This document shows, piece after piece, positions 52,928-63,682 of a DNA stretch of 64,000 nt. The notes under the pieces are model-generated. The model saw only the letters and a program-made list of their open reading frames with translations, did no database searches and was not told where the DNA came from. The position numbers and the translations under genes are program-made. Origin of the DNA: Octopus sinensis (Eukaryota); the NCBI RefSeq assembly GCF_006345805.1, contig NC_043007.1:33666001-33730000 (forward strand), given 5' to 3'. Every line of letters begins with the position of its first letter. Positions within the stretch are counted from its first letter, which is position 1.

Positions 52928-53718
52928 ACACAGGCGTGGTTGTGTGGTAAGGAGCATGCTTACCAAACATATGGTTCAGGGCTCAGTCCCACTGCGTGGC
53001 ACCTTGGGCAAGTATCTTCTACTATAGCCTCAGGTCAACCAAAACCTTGTGAGTGGATTTGCTAGGCAGAAAATGGAAGAAGCCTCTCGTATATGCATGC
53101 ATGCATGCATGCATGCATGCATGTATGTATGTATGTATGTATGTATGTATGTATGTATGTATGTATGTATGCATGTATGCATATATGTATGTATGTATGC
53201 ATGCATGTATGTATGTATGTATGTATGTATGCATGTATGTATGTATGTATGTATGTATGCATGTATGTATGTATGCATGTATGCATGCATGTATGTATGC
53301 ATGTATGCATGCATGCATGTATGTATATACACATATATATGCATGTATGTATGTATGTATGCATGTATGTATGTATGTATGCATGTATGCATGCATGTAT
53401 GTATGTACCACTATTTTACACTTGTTTCTTATATGTGTGTGTGTGAGTGTGAGTGTGTGTGTGTGTGTATGTTTGTCCCCCACCACCATCACCACCATCA
53501 CTTGACAATCGGTGTTGGTGTGTTTCCGCCTCCGTAGTTTAGCAGTTCGATAAAAAAAAAAAAAGAGACCGTTAGAATAAGTACTAAGCTTATAAAGAAT
53601 AAGTCTTGGAGTCAGTTTCTTCGAAGGAAAAAAAAAACCAAAAAAAAAGAAAAACCTTTATGGCGGTGTTCCAGCATGGCCGCAGTCAAATAACTGAAAC
53701 AATTAAAAGTGAAAGAAT
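52928..53718 (+). mobile_element. SINE family A expanded by an internal ~380-bp (TATG/CATG)n array
   Basis: 5' module 52928-53090, array about 53090-53470, 3' module to about 53718. Confidence 0.92.
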
Positions 53719-53869
53719 ATGTATAGCTGAGACGTACAGTCTTCCTGGTAGAGGCGGAATTCTCCAGAGGAACTACTATTGAAACCCACACATCAAAGAC
53801 CACTGTAACCCTTCAAGTGCAATTGCACTCTCCCGAACTGCTGTACTCCATTCTCCAGATGCGTTCTTG

Positions 53870-54256
53870 TATTCTTTTACTCGTTTCAGTCATTTGACTG
53901 CGGCCATGCTGGAGCACCATCTTAAAAGGGTTTATTTTAGTCGAAGAAATCGATCCCATGACTTACTCTTCGCAATCTGTCTCTTTTGCCAAACTGCTAA
54001 GTTACGGGGACGTAAACACACCAACATCGGTTGTCAAGCGATGGTGGAGGACAGACAGACAGACAGACACACACACACACCCACACACACATACGGCAGG
54101 CTTCTTTCAGTTTCTGTGTACCAAATCCACTCACAAGGCTTTGGTCGGCCAGAGGCTATGGCAGAAGACACTCGCCCAAGGTATTACGCAGTGGGATTGA
54201 ACCCAGAACCATGTGGTTGGGAAGCAAGCTTCCCACCACATAGCCACGCCTGCGCT
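53870..54256 (-). mobile_element. SINE family A, full length, inverted relative to 52928
   Basis: Reverse-complement modules. Confidence 0.92.
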
Positions 54257-54293
54257 TATGCTTACAGCACTTCCATCCATTCTAGTAAATAAC

Positions 54294-54715
54294 GGTTTCA
54301 AATTTTGGCACATGGCCATCAGATTTTGAGGGGAAGGGGAAGTCGATCATATCGACCCAGTATTTGAATGGCGTTTATTTTATCGATACCGAAAGGATGA
54401 AAGACAAAGTCAACCTCGGCGAAATTTGAAGTCAGGACGTAACGACGGACTAAATACCACTAAGCATTTTATCCGGCATGCTGCTAACGGTTATTTCTTT
54501 ATTGCCCACAAGGGGCTAAACATAGAGGGGACAAACAAGGGGACAAAGGGATAAAGTCGATTATATCGACCCCAGTGCGTAACTGGTACATAATTTATCG
54601 ACCCCGAAAGGATGAAAGAGAAAGTCAACCTCGTCGAAATCTGAAGTCAGGACCTAACGACGGATTAAATGCCACTAAGCAAATTGTCCGGCATGCTGCT
54701 AACGGGTCCGCCTTC
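54294..54715 (-). mobile_element. Tandem SINE B pair (B2 tail and B1 tail) sharing private substitutions
   Basis: Both carry gaagtcaggac and catgctgctaacgg instead of gaactcagaac and cgtgctaacg. Confidence 0.85.
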
Positions 54716-54773
54716 GGAGGAGTAAATAATAATAATTGTTTTTAATATACAGAGAAAATCAGAAATACACACT

Positions 54774-54815
<42 letters not shown>

Positions 54816-55686
54816 TACATACATACATACAATCATACATACATACATACATGGAAGGATGCATGTAATAATCATATCGCGTCCAGTGCTTTATTGGTAC
54901 TTTAATTTATTGATCCCTGAGTGATGAAGGACAAAGCTGACCTCGGTAGGATACGAACTCGGAACGTAACGTGCCAGAAGAAATACCGTCCGACGTTCTA
55001 ACGAGATGGTACAATTCCGTAAGGGTAGCGGGATGAGCGGATGTTCCAAAGACAAAATACATAGACGGAGGTGGGAGCAGGGATTAGTGGAATCGGAGCG
55101 GCGGCGGTGGTGGTGGTGGTCATGGTGGTGGTGGTGGGCGGGCAATACATGAAAGTCCTCTCAAACATTAGAGTAAAAATAAAGCCAAAGTTACCTTTTT
55201 TGAGGTCATGACTGATAAGTGCCGGTTTCCCGGTTTCATGGCGTAAATATTCCCCCACCTGGACTGGACGTCGGGCCGTCGCAAGATTAGTCATTTTTAT
55301 TGGCTGAGTGAACTGGAGCAACGTGAAATGAAGTGCTTTGCTGAAGAACAGAACGCGTCACCAGGTCCAGGAATCGAAACCACAATCTTACGATCACGAG
55401 TCCAAAACCCTAACCACTAAGCTACGCGCCTCCACAAATAATGATGCAAAAAAAAAAAAAAACAAGTCGTATTTAAGCAAATGGGCCCTAGTGCCTTACT
55501 GGTACTTTATTGAACCTACTCCTCCATCCTCTCTCCGACCCTGTCTGGTAAGAAAGAGAAGTGGGAGATAGAAAAAAAAAAAGTAAAAATCTACTTCGGC
55601 GTGATTCGAACGTACAATCTAAGGATATGTTGCTTCAGGTATTTGTGTGTGGGAATTCAGTTTATTTTGCCAGTCACTGACCTGAC

Positions 55687-55786
55687 NNNNNNNNNNNNNN
55701 NNNNNNNNNNNNNNNNNNNNNNNNNNNNNNNNNNNNNNNNNNNNNNNNNNNNNNNNNNNNNNNNNNNNNNNNNNNNNNNNNNNNNN
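55687..55786. other. Assembly gap (100 N)
   Basis: Run of 100 N; the round size is typical of a scaffolding placeholder. Confidence 0.99.
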
Positions 55787-56308
55787 CTTATCTCCTTTCA
55801 ACTTAATTTTTATATTTCATTGTTTTTATAATTTATTGTTTTTATTTCTATATACACGCACGCAATACACATACGTATATATGCACGAACGCACATATAC
55901 CTCCCACACACACACAATACACATACAGACACGCACACAATTATACACACATGGGCACAAACACACGCACATACGCGCATACACGCACATAAGCACACAC
56001 ACACACACAAGCACACGCACGCACATGCACACACGTTCGCACATATACGCCTACACAAACCCCACACACAACCCCCCCACACAACCCACGCACACACGCA
56101 TACACAAATTCATATACACACACATACATATACATACATACATATACATGCGGTTCGGCAAAAATCTTCGGTAACGTAAGTACCAAACTGAAAAAAAAAT
56201 TAGATAAATACAAAAAAAATAAAAATAGGGATGGATCTATCCGATGAAGACCTATCAAAGCGGTTCCCCAGTATGGCCACAGTCCAATGACTAAAACAAG
56301 ACAAAAAA

Positions 56309-56706
56309 TCTTTATATATAAAAGTGAAGGTGTGTGTCTGTCTCCTACGATTTAGATTCCTAACTACTCCCACATTTTGCGGTGCAGTTTAACCAAAACC
56401 GGGTATCTTATAGTCGTGATTCATATCGAGCCCTTCTGGGTATTAGCGCGCGTCTACGATGAGTCTACGATTACAAAAAAAATTGCCATATTTTTTTTTC
56501 CATTTTTATGCATTTTTTCGCTATTATATAAGGGAAGTAACTCCCTAAAAATGTCTACGATGAGTCAACGATTTAAACAAAATTTACCATAATTTTTTTT
56601 TCCATTTTTAATGCATTTTTTTGCTATCTTTTGGTTATACTCTCTCTAAAATGCTTATATAGTTATTTCCCTTACAAACCCGAGCAGCGCCGGGCGATAC
56701 TGCTAG
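56309..56706 (+). mobile_element. Non-autonomous Helitron (398 bp)
   Basis: A|TC ... cccgagcagcgccggg hairpin ... CTAG|T; homologous to 8166-8563. Confidence 0.9.
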
Positions 56707-58333
56707 TAAATGATAAAAGATTACTTCTCGCCATTTGGTGGCGGGTAAAGGGTGCTGGAATATTGTTAGAGAAAGAATGGTAGAGGGAGTAGTTGCTATG
56801 GCAGCGGAGAGAGAAGTGCAATAGTGTACCGCCGGTGGGCTGAGCAAAATAGTGGAATGAGGTTGGGAGGAATAAGAAAATAGAAGAATATCGATGGAAA
56901 CAGTTACGCGTATAATAACGATGCGTTTCTGATTAAAGATTGCCGTTTCATGTCATTTTACTTGCAAGAGTTCATTGCCCCTTGAACCTAAAACGTATAC
57001 AGATTCACTCACGTATACTTGCGCACGTAAGCGCATTCACAGGACCAGGTAAACACACTTATAGTCATTCGCATGCATCTCGTTACTTTATTTGGTAGTT
57101 TTAAAAGTACAGTTAAACATTGAAGTGTGTAATCTCTCGCAGGTGATCTCTTCCGAAGTAATTCAGTAATTCAACTCTGTTTATACAAATATTGTTGAGA
57201 TAAAAGCTACGATAAAAACAAACTGGATTTAGCGGATAAATATTTGTATTTTACAATCTAATGTTCACACACACACGCGCACACACACGCGCGCACACAC
57301 ACACGCGCGCATACACACACACACGCACACATGTAAGTGAAGGTATATACATATTTGGAAATCTTATATAGTCGGAAATCTTGTCCTCAGCAGAGACAAA
57401 TACTCTCTCTATATAGGCACATTCAGTATGTACGTACTACGTACGTATGTATGGTACGTATGTATGTGTATGTATGTATGTATGTATGTATGTATGTATG
57501 TATGTATGCATATGTATGTTTGTATGTAATGTATGTATGTATGTATGTATGTATGTATGTATGTATGCTTGCATTATGTATGTGTATGTATTGTATGTAT
57601 GTATGTCCTTTCTGTTGTATCTCTTTATGTATGTGTATGTATGTATGTATGTGTGTATGTATGTATGCATACATCATGCATATGATATATGTGTGCATAT
57701 GTATATCCATCCCTTCTCTCTCATGTGTGTGTATGGGTATGTGTGTGTGTGTGTGTGTGTGTGCATGCGCACGCACACGTGCATATACATATATTCACAC
57801 ACATGCATGTAAAAGATATATAATTATATATACTCGGCTTTCAAACTGACAGACCACATTTTGTTCCCATGCGCTGCTAGAATCTCCTCCGTCTCAGCCA
57901 GAAAAAAGGCCTTTCGTTTGTTTTTCTTGTTTGTTTTTTGTTTATTTTATTTCTCGTATTGTATTTTCTTGTACATGTATTTTTATTTTGTAGTTTTGTT
58001 TGTATCGTTTTTACGTCCTGTTTGTGTTACATTTTTTTCTTGCTTGTTTTTACCCCTCTGCGAGGTAATTTTATTTTAATTCTCTTGCAGGAAGGATTAG
58101 TTTGGCGAGTCGTGTCCTGTCTTGCCTTCGAAACACGCTGGAGTCGAACTAGTGACAGCTGATGATAGAGGATTTTTCTTTGTGTAGTATGTCCTGTACA
58201 CTGTTTTTCTGTTGTAAAAAATGGTTTTTCCGTTTTCGTTTCTCGTTGAGTTCTACGCCTCTGTTTTTCTGCCCTAATCACTGGGCCATTGCGCCTCTAC
58301 ACACACACATACACACACAGAGGCACACACACA

Positions 58334-58387
<54 letters not shown>

Positions 58388-58446
58388 AAATATATATATA
58401 ATATATATATATATATAATATATATATATATATACAGAGAGGATAT

Positions 58447-58491
<45 letters not shown>

Positions 58492-59292
58492 AGAGAAGGA
58501 GAAATTCCAACAGAACGATGTTTGTTCAAAAGTAGCATTTCAAGATCTACCATAATATTTTGAGCGTTTCGCAGGTTAGTTGCTTGGTTGGTTGGCTTGT
58601 TAGCTGGCTGGTTGGTTGGCTGGCTGGCTTGTTTGATGTAACAGAATATCTGAGACGCGACTATAAATTATTCTCACCCTCTCCAAGAACTCCTTTCATG
58701 TAAAAGAAGACATGGAGGAAAACAGGATCACTGAGCACAAGCCTATCTGTTAGTTCCAAGTCATTATTTTGATGTATTTTAGCAAGTTCACACATGGTCT
58801 GATCAAGAACCGTTTCTTCTGAACAGCTGCCGTATCAAATTCTCACACTTCTTCAAATACCATGGAAATATATATATGACGCCTAACAGATCAATATGTG
58901 TGAAAAAAAGCTACTACCTTCCATATAGAACTAAATATGGCCCAAAGGAGCAAAATAATTGAAAATACCTATATACTAAAACCTATAAAAGTCTGAGAGA
59001 TAGGAACATTAGGAAGATGATGATAAACTCCATGGCTTACTTCGTAGTGAATATAATAGAAATAGCTACCCACACATGTACAGCTTGCTATTCAACAAGA
59101 GACACAAAAGAGCTGTTGGCGTGGGTATGTGGTAAGAAGCTTGCTTCCCAATTACATGGTTCCGGGTTCAGTCCCACTGCGTGGCACCTTAGGCAAATGT
59201 CTTCTAATATTGTCTCGGCCCGACCAAATCTCTGTGAGTGGATTCGGTAGACGGAAACTGAAAGAAGACCGCCGTGCCCTGTAGTCTCCCGC

Positions 59293-60750
59293 CTCCCTTT
59301 TCCCCTCACTTACCACCCCACGACCCTACGTCTCCAACGCACCATTCTTCGAGCTTTCCGTCATCTCCAGTCCGAACCCGTCCACTTCACACCTCTCCCT
59401 AACCGACCCCTACCCTCTTTCAAACGAGCCCACAACCTTTAAGACCTTTTGGTCCATAGCTCCTTCCCTGACCCTACCTCCCAACCCGGCTCGTGTCCCC
59501 TGCTCCCGCCCACGTTGCCGCACTTGCCCTTACCTCTTCCCAAACACCACCGCCTCACTAGCACCCACCATCGACCCTATCCCATCATCCACTCCTTCAC
59601 CTGCACCTCCAGCAATATTATCTATTGCATCTCTTGCTCTCTCTGCAATTCTTGTACATCGGCAAACGGGACGCCGCTTGGCTGACCGGTTCGCGGAACA
59701 CCTTCGTGACATCCACCTTGCGAACGACACACCGGTCTCACGCCATTTCTGCTCCACCGGTCACTCCTTGCAACACCTATCTGTGTTCGGTTTGTCCTTA
59801 CACAGAGGCCATCCGGATTCCGTTGCGCCGTGAACAGGAATTAATCTTCTCTCTTCGCTCTATACGCCATTTGGTCTCAACTCTCCCCCCTCCTCATCTA
59901 ACCCCCCTCTCCCCCCTCCTCACCTATCCTTTCCCCCCGACCCCTACTTCTTCAGTCCTTCATCCTTTCACCCCTACTCCCCTTCCCTCTTCCCTCTTTC
60001 TCCCTCCCTCCTTCCCTCTTCCCTTCCCTCTGCTCCCTCACTCCCTCACTCCCCTTCTCTCTCCCCCTCTCCCCCTCTCTTCCCCTCTCCCCCTCCTCCT
60101 TCCTCCCCTCCTCCCCCTCCTCCTCCCCTTCCTCCTCCACCTCTATCTCCTCCTCCTCCTCTCCTCTTCCCCTCCCACCTCCCCCTCTTATCCCTCCCCT
60201 CCTCTGCCCTAATCTCCCCCCACTCTTCTCCTCACATACACCACCCGAACATACACAGGTCCACATCATATATGATGTGCCATACTAATATCATCACACC
60301 AACTAATACATACTAATACGTATAATACATACTAATACATACTAATACATACACAAACCCCATACATACGCACGCCGAACCCCCTATACGCACTTATACT
60401 CTCTCATACACACACACACACACACTTATACATACTAATACGTACTAATACATACTAATACATACTATACATACACAACCCCTATTTACATTACGCTCTC
60501 GCGTCTCATGTTTGATCTTTGACCTCTGGCTGAAATCAGATCGCATGTTGATTCGTTAGCTACTGCACGCATTTTTTTTTCTCTCCTTCTTTCTGTGTTT
60601 TTTTTTCTCTCTGTGTATTTTCTGTTGAAGAGCGTAGGCTCGAAACGTTAAAGACTTGTTTTATTTAATTTCCTGAGCGCCATACTAATACAATTGTTCG
60701 TTTGTTTTCCACCTGCCTTCGTCTTTTGTCTATTTTCATAAAGCTTCCCG

Positions 60751-60752
<2 letters not shown>
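59293..60752 (+). mobile_element. Penelope-like element 3' part: GIY-YIG remnant, pyrimidine tract, atactaatac repeats, terminal repeat with HHR-like motif
   Basis: LTYHPTTLRLQRTILRAFRHLQSEP ... FTCTSSNIIYCISCSLC / LYIG / TGRRLADRFAEHLRD ... VSRHF (frameshifted); ctgttga-a-gagc(gtag)gctc-gaaacgt at 60622-60648; ends in (TA)n. Confidence 0.88.
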
Positions 60753-60790
<38 letters not shown>

Positions 60791-61178
60791 TTATGAGTGT
60801 GTCTGTGTTCCCATCCCACCATCGCTTGACGGCTGTTGGTGTGTTTACGTCCCCGTAACTTAGCGGTTCGGCAAAAGAAACTGATAGAATAAGTACAAAG
60901 CTTACAAAAAATAGGTCCTGGGGTCGATTTGTTCGATTAAAACCCTTTAAGGTGGTGCTCCAGCATGGTCGCAGTCAAATGACTGAAAAGAGTAAAGAGC
61001 AGCTTAAGACATTATGATGACTTAGAAACATACAAGCGTGACAAGACAAGATATTTTTGTAACCAAGGAAGGGACGAACACACTGCTATAAAAGAAACAA
61101 TTCATTTTAAGACAAAAACACATAAGTAAAATAAAATGAAAATCTAATTAAAAACCAAATGAGGCAAAATAGTTACAA

Positions 61179-61910
61179 CGATCTCCTTTGGCGAACCGCA
61201 TGGTTATTTTATCTATCTTGTTTGGAGAACTTGCTAGTGTTATTTTATCGATCTCCTTTGGCGAACCGCTAGTGTTATTTTGTCGATCACATTTGGCGAA
61301 CCGCTAATTTATTTTATCGATCTCCTTTGGGGAACCTCTAAGTTATTTTATCGATCACGTTTGACGAACCGCTAAGTTATTTTATCGATCAAGTTTGGCG
61401 AACGGCTATGTTAATTTATCGACATCCTTTGGCGAACCGCTAATTTATTCTATCGAACTCCATTGGCGAACCGTAAATTATTATATCGATATTGTTTGGC
61501 GAACCGCTAAGTTATTTTATCGATCATTTTTCGCGATCCGCTAAATTATTTCATCGATGCCGTTTTGCTAACCACTAAGTTATTTTATCGATCTCCTTTG
61601 GCGAACCGCTAGTGTTATTTTGTCGACCTCCATCGGCGAACCGCTAAGTTATTTTATCGATATCGTTTGGCGAACCGCTAATTTATTTTATCGAACTCCA
61701 TTGGCGAACCACAAATTATTATATCGATCTCGTTTGGCTAACCGCTAAGTTATTTTATCGATCAAGTTTGACGAACCGCTAAGTTATTTTGTCGACCTCC
61801 TTTGGCGAACCGCTATGTTATTTTATCGATGTCCTTTGGCGGACCGCTAAGTTATTTTATCGATATTGTTCCGGGAACCGCTAAGTTATTTTATCGAACA
61901 CCCTTTGGCG
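61179..61910. repeat. 34-bp minisatellite, about 22 units, SINE-derived
   Basis: Consensus ttattttatcgatctcctttggcgaaccgctaag versus the SINE A reverse complement ttattctatcggtctcttttgccgaaccgctaag. Confidence 0.93.
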
Positions 61911-61913
61911 ATT

Positions 61914-62456
61914 AAGGGATTAAGTCGATTACATCGACCCAGTGCGTAACTGGTACTTAATTCATCGACCCCGAAAGGATGAAAGACAAAGTCGACCTCG
62001 GCGGAATTTGAACTCAGAACGTAGCGGTAGACGAAATACCTATTTCTTTATTACCCACAAGGGGCTAAACACAGAGGGAACAAACAAGGAGAGACATAGG
62101 TATTAAGTCGATTACATCGACCCAGTGCGTAACTGGTACTTAATTTATCGACCCCGAAAGGATGAAAGACAAAATCGACCTCGGCGGAATTTGAACTCAG
62201 AACGTAGCGGTAGACGAAATACCTATTTTTTTATTACCCACAAGGGGCTAAAAAACAGAGGGAACAAACAAGGAGAGACATAGGTATTAAGTCGATTACA
62301 TCGACCCAGTGCGTAACTGGTACTTAATTTATCGACCCCGAAAGGATGAAAGACAAAATCGACCTCGGCGGAATTTGAACTCAGAACGTAGCGGTAGACG
62401 AAATACCGCTAAGCATTTCTCCCGGCGCGCTAACGTTTCTGCCAGCTCGCCGCCTT
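61914..62456 (-). mobile_element. Head-to-tail SINE B1 array: one head plus three body units
   Basis: Head 62408-62456; units 62224-62407, 62041-62223 and 61914-62040 (truncated); junctions read gacgaaatacc|tattt. Confidence 0.93.
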
Positions 62457-62499
62457 ACAAATGCGCATACCTACGAGGAGATAGCAAATACGGACATAA

Positions 62500-62700
62500 C
62501 TACAAAATGTCAGTGGTAGAAATCACTATTTAGGAGAACATGTGGATTCTCTTACACAAATAAAAGATATTGGATAAAGAAATCCAAGAATAAAACAAAC
62601 ATTAATTAATGCCGGATATTCAGACAGACTTGTTGGCCAAGATACTGATGAATACAGACTGAAATACAACGCAACAGATACATAGATTATAGTGTATCCC
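62500..62700 (+). mobile_element. Possible PLE RT C-terminal remnant
   Basis: With one frameshift it reads ILDKEI-RIKQTLINAGYSDRLV, resembling the PLE E...IK..L..NGY motif. Confidence 0.4.
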
Positions 62701-62866
62701 TACTAAAAATACACATACAAAACACAAAAGTGTATTATATGAATCAGATACATGTCAAATAAAGCACAGACGAACGCAAATTATAAGAAAATCTCATAAA
62801 ACGAAACACTAAAAAAGAGTAAAAGAGTATATGGGAGAATACAATTGTAAATATTAAAAGTACAGA

Positions 62867-63322
62867 ACAGGCGCAGGAGTGGCTGTGTGGTAAGTAGCTA
62901 CAGGCGCAGGAGTGGCTGTGTGGTAAGTAGCTTGTTTACCAACCACATGGTTCCGGGTTCAGTCCCACTGCGTGGCACCTTGGGCAGGTGTCTTCTACTA
63001 TAGCCTCGAACTGACCAACGCCTTGTTAGTGGATTTGGTAGACGGAAACTGAAAGAAGCCCATCGTATATATGTATATATATATATTTTTTTTTTGTATG
63101 TGTGTGTGCTTGTGTGTCTGTGTTTGTCCCCCTAGCATTGCTTGACAACCGATGCTGGTGTGTTTATGTCCCCGTCACTTAGCGGTTCGGCAAAAGAGAC
63201 CGATAGAATAAGTACTGGGCTTACAAAAGAATAAGTCCCGGGGTCGATTTGCTCGACTAAAGGCGGTGCTCCAGCATGGCCGCAGTCAAATGACTGAAAC
63301 AAGTAAAAGAGTAAAAGAGTAA
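62867..63322 (+). mobile_element. SINE family A, young, with a 33-bp duplication of its 5' end
   Basis: acaggcgcaggagtggctgtgtggtaagtagct at 62867-62899 and 62900-62932. Confidence 0.95.
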
Positions 63323-63447
63323 ATGCGATAAAATAAGATAATATCTTTATTGTGAAACAATAGGAGTTTTCTAGAAACTTTTCCAGTTCAGGTTTTGTAG
63401 AAATAATGTTTCATTTTTGATACAATTATATCAAAATTGGGGCATTT

Positions 63448-63682
63448 AAGGCGGCGAGCTGGCAGAAACGTTAGCACTCCGGGCGAAATACGTAGCCGTA
63501 TTTCGTCTGCCGTTACGTTCTGGGTTCAAATTCCGCCGAGGTCGACTTTGCGCCTTTCATCCTTTCGGGGTCGATAAATAAAGTACCAGTTACGCACTGG
63601 GGTCGATGTAATCGACTTAATCCGTTTGTCTGTCCTTGTTTGTCCCCTCTGTGTTTAGACCCTTGTGGGTAGTAAAGAAATA
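63448..63682 (+). mobile_element. SINE family B1, full length, 21-bp TSD
   Basis: tatatcaaaattggggcattt at 63427-63447 and 63683-63703. Confidence 0.96.

Noticed and set aside
55687-55786. Biological meaning of adjacency across the N run
   Set aside because: It is a placeholder gap; true distance and even orientation across it are unknown, which also limits the CpG-domain inference on the right side.
686-58555. Most ORF-track entries ([20 protein letters not shown] types)
   Set aside because: They are translations of TA, TG, TATG, CA and TC microsatellites or of SINE modules, with no domain content.
59625-60212. 195-aa ORF as a host gene
   Set aside because: It is a frameshifted PLE GIY-YIG remnant running into a C/T low-complexity tract.
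61179-61910. CRISPR array
   Set aside because: The DNA is eukaryotic, the units are contiguous with only about 5 variable nt rather than 25-40-nt unique spacers, no cas genes are present, and the unit matches a local SINE.
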